Source: Parcubacteria group bacterium GW2011_GWA2_42_14 | GTDB lineage: Bacteria > Patescibacteriota > Minisyncoccia > Sungbacterales > GWA2-42-14 | Assembly (NCBI GenBank): GCA_000998135.1 | Contig: LCCV01000004.1 | Coordinates: 85,681-149,680, forward strand | Direction: 5' to 3' | DNA length: 64,000 bases | Part shown: positions 56,644 to 64,000 of the stretch, piece by piece | How positions within the stretch are numbered: the stretch's first letter is position 1 | Layout: each line of letters begins with the position of its first letter | Program-made: the position numbers and the translations under genes | Notes under the pieces: generated by a model | What the model was told of the DNA's origin: nothing | The model's input: the letters and a program-made list of their open reading frames with translations, nothing else | Databases searched by the model: none

Positions 56644-57939
56644 ATGCACACAGTTGATTTAGATTTAAATTTGGATCGTCTGACAAAAGTTGAAGGTTCA
56701 GCTTCGCTTGAAATAAGGGTGCGCGGTGGAAAAGTTGAATACGCGCGTTTTAAAATTAATGAATACAAGCGTTTTTTTACCAAGGCCTTGGAAGGAAAAC
56801 CGATTATAGCCCTTCCTCAGCTTTTGTCGCGAATCTGCGGCACTTGTTCCAATGCCCATATTCTTGCTTCTATCGAGGCCTGCGAACACGCTTTGGATAT
56901 TGAGCCCTCGGAGCAGACAAAAATTTTGCGCGATTTGACCATGGACGGTTTGAATATCCGCGACCATGCGCTTCATTTGTATCTTTTTTCCATGCCCGAT
57001 ATATTCGGGAAAGACGCGTTTCTTGATTTTGATGAGAATAATCCTGTGGAGCACCAGATGCTTCATGACGGTTTTGAAATAAAAGCCGCGGGAAATTTTC
57101 TTGCTTCTCTTATTGCCGGAAGAAGCGTTCACGCGACCTATCCCGTGGTGGGAGGATTTACGCATTTTCCGGAAAAAGACGGGATTGAAGAAGCGGTTAA
57201 AAAACTTGAAGCCGCGCGTCCGGCGGTGTTGCGGCTGATAGATGTTTTTAAAAATTGTCCTTTCAGTTTTGACCGTCAAACCAAATTTATGGCTCTTGTG
57301 CCCAAGGACAAATACGGTTTTATTGACGGATGCATTCAGACCGGCGAAGGGGAGTGCATAGAGGAAAGGGACTATCGCGAGCATCTGGAGCATGTTGTTT
57401 TGCCTTATTCACAGGCATCGGCCTATAAGCATTCGCGCGGTTCTTATATGGTAGGGGCTCTGGCGCGAGTTAATCTTGCTAAACATCTTTTACATCCTAA
57501 AACCAAAGAAATGCTTGCGGATACTCTGAGTATTTTTCCTTCAACGGACGTATTCCGCAACAATTTGGCGCAAGCCGTGGAAATTCTCCATTGCCTTGAT
57601 AGCGCGCTGGAAATACTGAAGACCTTTGAGTTCAAGGCGGAGCCGGTAATTAAAAAACCGCCTCGCGAGGCGGTCGGCGTGGGAGTGGTGGAAGCTCCCA
57701 GAGGAACGCTCTATCACCAGTATCATTTGGCAAAAAGCGGCATAGTTACCGAGGGCGAAGTAATTGTGCCGACCGGACAAAACCAGATAAATATAGAAGA
57801 GGACATATTTGCGCTTGTGCAAAAATTGCTTCCGTCGGCGGAAAAAGAGCAGATTCAATTTGAAGTTGAAAAGCTTATCCGGGCGTATGACCCTTGCATG
57901 AGCTGTGCCGCGCATTTTCTTAAAGTAAAGTGGAATTAA
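56644..57939 (+). CDS. NiFe hydrogenase large subunit (group 3b-related)
   Basis: TKVEG, L1 SRICGTC, EAPRGTLYH, L2 YDPCMSCAAH with a short C-terminal extension. Confidence 0.93.
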   Translation: MHTVDLDLNLDRLTKVEGSASLEIRVRGGKVEYARFKINEYKRFFTKALEGKPIIALPQLLSRICGTCSNAHILASIEACEHALDIEPSEQTKILRDLTMDGLNIRDHALHLYLFSMPDIFGKDAFLDFDENNPVEHQMLHDGFEIKAAGNFLASLIAGRSVHATYPVVGGFTHFPEKDGIEEAVKKLEAARPAVLRLIDVFKNCPFSFDRQTKFMALVPKDKYGFIDGCIQTGEGECIEERDYREHLEHVVLPYSQASAYKHSRGSYMVGALARVNLAKHLLHPKTKEMLADTLSIFPSTDVFRNNLAQAVEILHCLDSALEILKTFEFKAEPVIKKPPREAVGVGVVEAPRGTLYHQYHLAKSGIVTEGEVIVPTGQNQINIEEDIFALVQKLLPSAEKEQIQFEVEKLIRAYDPCMSCAAHFLKVKWN

Positions 57940-58309
57940 TGATGGCGGAAATTTTTTCCAGCGCTTCTTTTTCGGGTATGTCGGCGGGAACGCCGATTAT
58001 TTTTATTTTTTTGAGTTTGCCGAGTTTTTGAAGAAATTTCAGCTGCGACCATAAATCAAAGTCATGAAGTGATATGTGAGGATGATTCGTAAAATTTTTC
58101 AGGTCAGAAAAAATTTTGACTTCTTCAATGCCTCGAACGGTATCAATTATAGTCAGCTCTTCCGGTATTTCAAATTCTTCATTCGGGTCTTTTATTTCAA
58201 ACCGGATTTTGGGAAAAAGCCGCTTGAGTTCAGGAAGAACGCGAAGCGGTAAAGAATCAAATTCAAGCTCTTGATTGCCGAAAATAAGGATGTGTTTTTT
58301 ATTCTCCAT
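57920..58309 (-). CDS. Hydrogenase maturation protease-like protein
   Basis: IFGN...DS, IIDTV, SLHDFDL, IIGVP; convergent with the large subunit. Confidence 0.75.
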   Translation of the reverse strand: MENKKHILIFGNQELEFDSLPLRVLPELKRLFPKIRFEIKDPNEEFEIPEELTIIDTVRGIEEVKIFSDLKNFTNHPHISLHDFDLWSQLKFLQKLGKLKKIKIIGVPADIPEKEALEKISAIINSTLL

Positions 58310-58387
58310 GGCATTTTTGTTACTTATTGACTAGCCCGCAGGGATTATATACTATAATCCGTAGTACCAAACAATAGGAGGTGTTGC

Positions 58388-58669
58388 ATGTCACAGCCAT
58401 TATTGCCGTGGGATTCTCCTGAAGATGCCAACTATCCCCAACTAGTCTGGCGAAGCAAGCTTGATGACATATATCTCATTGAAGTGCGCCACACTAACGG
58501 TTGTGGCGGCAAGTTATTTGTGTTTGACCACAACAATAATGATCAGGAAATTTTTTCTATGGATGTAGATTTATTGTATGGAGCAATATTAGGACCCGAT
58601 GTGGATGATGTCCAAGAATGGCAGGAAAAAGTACTGGACTTCATCGACAATACCTATAACAAACAGTAA
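58388..58669 (+). CDS. Hypothetical protein
   Basis: AGGAGG SD and upstream TTGACT promoter-like element; LLYGAILGPDVDDVQEWQE. Confidence 0.75.
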   Translation: MSQPLLPWDSPEDANYPQLVWRSKLDDIYLIEVRHTNGCGGKLFVFDHNNNDQEIFSMDVDLLYGAILGPDVDDVQEWQEKVLDFIDNTYNKQ

Positions 58670-58805
58670 CAACCTCTCTCGTCTAGCTGGCAAACGCCGG
58701 CTTTTTCTTATCTCTATACCCCATGACACCTTTTATATTCTTGACTATAGTATATTGATATGATAAGTTTTGGTAAGTTCCTGAACACATAGACGGAGGT
58801 TCGCC

Positions 58806-58997
58806 ATGTTTATAGGTACTCATTGTGGTAAAAAATCTGTTTATTGGAATGAAGGTGAACGTTCTACTTTACAGCGAATTATTGAGATTGCAAAAGTGGA
58901 ATTTCCTGATATTCCATATGAACAATTGGTTCTTGAGGCCGATTTAGATAATGACGGTAAGAGTATTTGTGCCGGAACAATACTTCATCAGTTATAG
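58806..58997 (+). CDS. Small hypothetical protein
   Basis: GGAGGT SD, upstream TTGACT, downstream hairpin. Confidence 0.55.
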   Translation: MFIGTHCGKKSVYWNEGERSTLQRIIEIAKVEFPDIPYEQLVLEADLDNDGKSICAGTILHQL

Positions 58998-59058
58998 CCC
59001 TATATGGGCTTTTTTCTTATATTTCTTCCACCGCGATAGTTATAAGAATGTTGGTGGT

Positions 59059-59838
59059 TTAAATGGTTTGATTGGCGAGCTCAAGATGGCGCAGGGTGTA
59101 TTTTTTAAGCATTCCTGCCTGCCTTGGCGTTATTTTTTCGCAAATCACTCCCCAGTGAATGGAAACGAGGTCGCCTGTTTTTAATTCTTCAATGTCTCTG
59201 TCCGATTCCAAACTAATGGCGATTTTGGTTGTTTGGGGACTGCCTAAAATAAGTTTTCCGTCCCGATATAATAAAGGTTCGTGTTTTACCATCAGGAATG
59301 GTCCGTTTCTGGCTGTAATTTTTCCCCAGCTTATGCGGCAGGAATCCATGGATTCAAGAGTATGTTCCCGCTCAAGATGGCCGGTTCTTTTCCAGATATC
59401 CAGTACGTGAAAAGAGTGATTGGGAACTCCGCCTTTTTTTATTTTATTGGCTACTACTTCAAAAGATTTGTTACCTATTTTCTTTTTAATTTCTTGTTCT
59501 TCAAGAAGATGGCGCCAGAATTTCTTTTTTTCAACCGTTTCCAACAATTCGTTTCCCAGCCAATAGGCCTCCACTACGCGATTATCAAACGGGTCGCGGA
59601 TGCTGTTGGCATCAGCAATAAGCCGGAGATACGGATACATTGTTTTAAAGGCCTTAAGCAGGATTTCAAGTCCCGGGTCGCCCGCCCTCTCTTTAATGTA
59701 TGAAAAAATTTCCCGATTGGCATCGGGACCGCAATAGTGAAGCCGGTTCGGTCCGAAAGCATATCGGCTACACATTAAGAGGCCGTCATAGAGATGCTGT
59801 GGAGATTCTGCGGCTGAATTTTGAGTAAATATTTTCAA
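59059..59838 (-). CDS. DUF6390-like hydrogenase-associated protein
   Basis: RYAFGPNRLHYCGP, VVEAYWLGN, NHSFHV, CRISWG, HypC-like GDLVSIHWG. Confidence 0.8.
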   Translation of the reverse strand: MKIFTQNSAAESPQHLYDGLLMCSRYAFGPNRLHYCGPDANREIFSYIKERAGDPGLEILLKAFKTMYPYLRLIADANSIRDPFDNRVVEAYWLGNELLETVEKKKFWRHLLEEQEIKKKIGNKSFEVVANKIKKGGVPNHSFHVLDIWKRTGHLEREHTLESMDSCRISWGKITARNGPFLMVKHEPLLYRDGKLILGSPQTTKIAISLESDRDIEELKTGDLVSIHWGVICEKITPRQAGMLKKYTLRHLELANQTI

Positions 59839-60709
59839 TTGTTTTTGAAATAATCAGGATTCCCGCAATCATTATCACCGCCTGTATTAATGTTTTGCCG
59901 GGAAAAATATGCGTAACAAAAATTGAATTAAGAATTGCCGTGATGGGCGCCGCTATGACAAGGACGGAACTAACAACCGTTGCCGGAGCGTATTTAAGAG
60001 CGGCATACCAGGTTGTTACGTAACCGAAAAGCAATGCGCCGGTTAAAATCGCCCATCCGGCTTGTTCTGTTGACGCCGGAATAAGGGCGGAAATTTTTCC
60101 GGTGATTGCAAGAAACAGAAGAAGAAACAAAGAACCGAAAAACATTCTTGCCCAGCCGGCAATAGACGGCGAAATTTCTTTAAGAACTTTTTTGGCGATT
60201 ATATTTTCAACTGCCCAAAACAAAGTTGCTAAAAGCGCTAAAACGGATCCGGTTCCGAATTTCCAGTTTGCGGGCGAATCAAACATAAAAATTCCTAAAA
60301 ATAATATTCCCAGGGCGGCAAACTGAATTGAACTTATCCGTTCTTTAAGAAATGGATAGGAAAATAAAGCGACCCATAAAAACAAGGTTTTGTGGATGAA
60401 AGCCGCTTCTGTGGCCGAAATCATGGTAAGCGATTTGAAAAATAGCAGAAAGGGAATGGAGCCGCCTATAATCCCAATGAGGATAAGTTTGAGCCACAGC
60501 CTTCGAGAAAGTCCTTTTAGTTCCGGAATTTTTCGCAATAGCATAATCAGGCCGGTAAGAAGAACGGCGGTTGCGATATTTTTTGCCGTAGTATAAGCAT
60601 AAGCGTCTTTCCAGAACGCTACCCCGAATTTATTGATAAATACGGCAAAACCGCTGATTAGCGCCGTAAGAAAAGCGAGATTAACTCCTTTAGATAATGA
60701 ATTTTCCAT
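59786..60709 (-). CDS. EamA/DMT transporter
   Basis: About 10 TM helices in two repeats, FLKER. Confidence 0.9.
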   Translation of the reverse strand: MENSLSKGVNLAFLTALISGFAVFINKFGVAFWKDAYAYTTAKNIATAVLLTGLIMLLRKIPELKGLSRRLWLKLILIGIIGGSIPFLLFFKSLTMISATEAAFIHKTLFLWVALFSYPFLKERISSIQFAALGILFLGIFMFDSPANWKFGTGSVLALLATLFWAVENIIAKKVLKEISPSIAGWARMFFGSLFLLLFLAITGKISALIPASTEQAGWAILTGALLFGYVTTWYAALKYAPATVVSSVLVIAAPITAILNSIFVTHIFPGKTLIQAVIMIAGILIISKTIENIYSKFSRRISTASL

Positions 60710-61030
60710 AATTAAGGTTATTATTCTTCGAGTAAGGTCGAGAAGTTAATATTAATGTAAGGTTCTCGACAAGCTCGAACAGTAAAAACATAACTAATTT
60801 TTGGGATTTTTCCTGATTTTTCCATATTTATTATAGCAATGCCGCCGGGCTTTAGCAAATAGCCATATCCTACATGGGCGAGCCCATCGGGCCTTAGCCC
60901 TTGGTTTTTGGGTAAAATAATTATAGAATATAAGTGGTTCGGGCTGTTTAAAAATTTTGTTATTGTTTCATGTCTGCCTTAATCCTCGCCGCAATTGGCA
61001 AGTATTATCGGTATGAAACAATAAATTTTT

Positions 61031-61507
61031 ATGACAAAGTCGCAAAAAGTATCATTGTTTTTGCTTCGCGTGTCTTTGGGCTGGCTTTACTTTTATGCCG
61101 GTATTACCAAAGTTATAAATCCCGAATGGTCGGCGGCGGGATACCTTAAGGGGGCAAAAATTTTTGCCGGATTTTATCAGTGGCTGGCAGGTTCCGATAT
61201 TTTACCGGCAGTTAATTTTATTAATGAGTGGGGGTTGCTACTTCTCGGCGTTTCCCTGATTTTGGGTATTGCTGTGCGTTTGTCGTCTATGCTCGGCGTG
61301 ATGCTGATGATGCTTTATTATATTCCGATTCTTGATTTCCCGTATCCCAATCCGCATTCTTATTTGGTCGATGAACATATTATTTATGCGTTTGTTTTAA
61401 TTTTGTTTGCGAGTTTAAGGGCCGGCCGTATCTGGGGTTTGGAAAATTGGTGCTCGGGTCTTCCGATTTGTTCCAGATTTCCGAAACTTCGAGATTGGCT
61501 TGGTTAA
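61031..61507 (+). CDS. DoxX family membrane protein
   Basis: LLRVSLGWLYFYAG..K, WSAAGYL, VDEHIIY. Confidence 0.88.
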   Translation: MTKSQKVSLFLLRVSLGWLYFYAGITKVINPEWSAAGYLKGAKIFAGFYQWLAGSDILPAVNFINEWGLLLLGVSLILGIAVRLSSMLGVMLMMLYYIPILDFPYPNPHSYLVDEHIIYAFVLILFASLRAGRIWGLENWCSGLPICSRFPKLRDWLG

Positions 61508-61512
61508 GTCTT

Positions 61513-61838
61513 ATGAAATTTGGCCTAATTTTGCAATCAAATAAACCTGAACATGTGTGGAACACGTTCCGTTTCGGAATTACTGCGCTTAAGGGCGGCA
61601 TCGAGTGGAAATTTTTTTGATGAATGAGGGTTCGGAGTTAGATACTATTCCTGGTAGCAAAAATTTTGATATTTCCGCGAAAGTGGCGGAATTCAAAGGG
61701 TTGATGGGCGAGATTTATGCCTGCGGCACTTGTCTTGAATTGCGCGGTAAAGGTGAAAGCAATGTATGTCCGGTTTCCACAATGTCCGACCTGCTTAAAA
61801 TGGTCGAGGGCTCGGATAAAGTTTTAGTTTTTGGTTAA
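61513..61838 (+). pseudogene. DsrE family protein, frameshifted
   Basis: MKFGLILQSNKPEHVWNTFRFG... from 61513 changes frame near 61597 into VEIFLMNEG...ACGTCL..R..CPVSTM. Confidence 0.8.
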
Positions 61839-61842
61839 TTAC

Positions 61843-62619
61843 ATGATTATGAAAAAATATATTTTATTATCGTCAATTTTTGTTTTCATACTTCTTTTTG
61901 CGCGAACAGGTAATGGTCAAATGATGACGCAGAGTTTGGACGGAGCTATTGCCGGTGACCACACTAAAAAAGAAGAGGCCGAAGGAAAAGAAATTTGGGA
62001 AAAACTTCAGGCCAAAACTTTGACTTGCGCGGATTTATCGGAAGAAGATTATGAAGTTCTCGGCGAATATTTTATGGGTCAAATGCTCGGAGAATCGCAC
62101 TCCGCCATGAACCAGATGATGATACAGATGATGGGAGAAGAAGGAGAAGAAAAAATGCACGCTGTTTTAGGAAAGCGTTCATCAGGATGTGAAACCGGAG
62201 CGGCTCTCCTTCCCAAAGAAATAAGCGGGTTCATGCCCATGATGCAGATGTTGTCGCCGTTGTTGGGCGGAGGTTTTGATGCCGGGAGTTCGCCTTCCGG
62301 AAATTTTCCGTTTATGCAGGGAATGATGGGAAAAGGATGGGGGTGGTCGCTTTTGAATTATTTGAGCCCTATGGGATTTTTAACTCCGTTGATGAATTGG
62401 GGAATGCCGTTTGGTATCTGGTGGGGGATTGTTTTTATGCTTTTATGGTGGGTTTTGGTTATTGTGGGCTTTATTGTTTTGGTAAGATGGGTGGCAAAAA
62501 AGAACCGCACCCAGGAACATCATGTTGAAAAATCAGCTTTGGATATATTGCAGGAAAGATACGCCAAGGGAGAAATAAACAAGCAGGAATTTGAGGAAAA
62601 AAGAAAAGATTTATCCTGA
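61843..62619 (+). CDS. Met-rich membrane protein with C-terminal SHOCT domain
   Basis: GEYFMG..MH, MMG motifs, ALDILQERYAKGEINKQEFEE. Confidence 0.88.
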   Translation: MIMKKYILLSSIFVFILLFARTGNGQMMTQSLDGAIAGDHTKKEEAEGKEIWEKLQAKTLTCADLSEEDYEVLGEYFMGQMLGESHSAMNQMMIQMMGEEGEEKMHAVLGKRSSGCETGAALLPKEISGFMPMMQMLSPLLGGGFDAGSSPSGNFPFMQGMMGKGWGWSLLNYLSPMGFLTPLMNWGMPFGIWWGIVFMLLWWVLVIVGFIVLVRWVAKKNRTQEHHVEKSALDILQERYAKGEINKQEFEEKRKDLS

Positions 62620-62675
62620 ATTACTAAGTCGGAGCAACACTGAGTGTTGCTACTGCGAAAGATTGAGTAAATAGA

Positions 62676-62715
62676 AAAGAGCCCCTCCGCAAGCATGCGG
62701 AGGGGGCTTTTTTTA
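62676..62715. terminator. Bidirectional intrinsic terminator
   Basis: AAAAGAGCCCCTCCGCA-AGCA-TGCGGAGGGGGCTTTTTTT between convergent genes. Confidence 0.85.
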
Positions 62716-63396
62716 TCATGCGTGTTTTAAATAAATGTTTCCGAGGTTGTGAAATACTTTTTCGCAGGCGTCTGTCGCTTCCTCCATTTTTTCCGCGATT
62801 TCACGGCGTTGGCGCGTGTGGTTGTATGAGTCAAAGACCGCCTGTAGCTCTTTTTTACTTAGATATTCGCTGGCGCCTTGCGTCAGTATGTCCGATACAG
62901 AAATTTCATAACTGTCGGCAATGATGTCTTTTACCAGTTTGTCGGCGTTGTGCTCGCACTTTTTCATTTTGATTTGCAATTCGTCAACATTTTCAAGTTT
63001 TCGCAGTTTGAATATGCCGTCATATACCTGGATTATTGACAATCTTATGATTTCCAGGAATTTTTTCAGAGCTTCATCGGGAAGAACTTTATAATCAACT
63101 ATTTTTATAACAACTTCTTCCACAAAATCCATTACGTCGTCAATTGCTTGGGCCAGTGCGTAAATATCTTCGCGGTCAATCGGGGTTACGAAAGTTTGGC
63201 CGGCTTTTACTATTATTTCTTTGGTGATGGAGTCGCAATTTTGTTCAAGTTCCTGAATCTGTTTTTCCCATAAAGGTTCTATATGTCGGTTTGACGCAAT
63301 TTCCAATAAAATTGGCAGGCATGCTTTAATAGCTTTAGCCTGTTTTTCAAACAGGTCGAAAAACTTTTCTTCCTTGGGAATGATTCTAAACATCAT
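62716..63396 (-). CDS. DUF47 (PhoU-like phosphate transport regulator)
   Basis: PKEEKFFDLF, TFVTPIDREDI..LA..IDDV.D, EHNAD, EEATDACE. Confidence 0.9.
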   Translation of the reverse strand: MMFRIIPKEEKFFDLFEKQAKAIKACLPILLEIASNRHIEPLWEKQIQELEQNCDSITKEIIVKAGQTFVTPIDREDIYALAQAIDDVMDFVEEVVIKIVDYKVLPDEALKKFLEIIRLSIIQVYDGIFKLRKLENVDELQIKMKKCEHNADKLVKDIIADSYEISVSDILTQGASEYLSKKELQAVFDSYNHTRQRREIAEKMEEATDACEKVFHNLGNIYLKHA

Positions 63397-63599
63397 TTTT
63401 CCTTTGTTTTTATTAAAGAACTTGTTTGCGCGTCTTTTATATTATACTACGAGGCTAGGAAAATAGCAAGTAGTCCTTTTAATTCTGGCGAAGAACGTAA
63501 TCTGTAATTAAGAAGTAGCCCATAGATTTATAGAACAATTCTATGGAATTGTCCTATGGCGCGATTTTTTGACGACCTTGAGCGCCCGCATGCCATAAA

Positions 63600-64000
63600 T
63601 TATTGAATCGGCGTGAGCCAATTTTTATACTTTTTGATATTTCCTCCGGTAATTTTTTTATATTGATTTTGTAAATCAGTAAAAATGGATTGCGGGATTT
63701 GGCGTTGTGAAAAGTATTTGTGAATTTTCGTTACGCGTTCCAACTCAATTCCGGTGCCGGTCAGAAAAATTTCATCCGCTTTACGGAGAAAACCAGGAAG
63801 GATATTTTTTTCGCAAACTTTTATGCCCATATCACGCGCAATTCGGATTATGGTATTTCTTGTGATACCGCCTAAGATATTTCCTATTTTTGGAGTATAA
63901 AGAATTCCGTTTTTGGCGATAAAAATGTTATTGACCGCTCCTTCGGCGACAAAACCACTGGTATCCAGAAAAAGCGGTTCATCAAATCCGCTTTTGCGCG
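63600..64000 (-). CDS. Class IV (branched-chain amino acid) aminotransferase, C-terminal part
   Basis: Manual translation: GFDEPLFLDTSGFVAEGAVNNIF...ILGGITRNTII...ADEIFLTGT. Confidence 0.9.
   Translation of the reverse strand, partial: RKSGFDEPLFLDTSGFVAEGAVNNIFIAKNGILYTPKIGNILGGITRNTIIRIARDMGIKVCEKNILPGFLRKADEIFLTGTGIELERVTKIHKYFSQRQIPQSIFTDLQNQYKKITGGNIKKYKNWLTPIQ

Noticed and set aside
61513-61838. Programmed frameshift in the DsrE gene
   Set aside because: No clear slippery site lies at the inferred break; a 1-nt deletion or sequencing error is simpler.

Overview
A 64-kb bacterial chromosome segment that looks like a CPR/Patescibacteria (Parcubacteria-like) genome. This assignment is inferred from the CPR-style PrmC, FtsEX and RAYT-like genes, AT-rich leaders mostly lacking Shine-Dalgarno sequences, and a minimal group-3-like hydrogenase. 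Housekeeping genes include prfB (with its +1 frameshift), ftsEX, obg, a cold-shock gene, tRNA-Thr(CGT) and tRNA-Gln(CTG). Accessory blocks are: a YcaO gene next to a HemK-SagB fusion (candidate RiPP/protein-tailoring locus); a LAGLIDADG remnant plus an intact tRNA-Gln lying between two fragments of another tRNA-Gln; an AT-rich phosphatase-like/NUDIX/nucleotidyltransferase operon; two RAYT-like HUH transposases; a copper/disulfide-redox island; GH130-like glycosidases; a macAB-like operon split by a defence island (NYN with a candidate antisense sRNA, R-M remnants, AbiE); and a stripped-down NiFe hydrogenase locus. The window carries several families of short palindromic elements. Some sit in frame inside proteins such as RF2 and the Cu-ATPase, and one ~23-nt element shows clean filled versus empty insertion sites. 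All calls come from motif recognition by eye; no searches were run.
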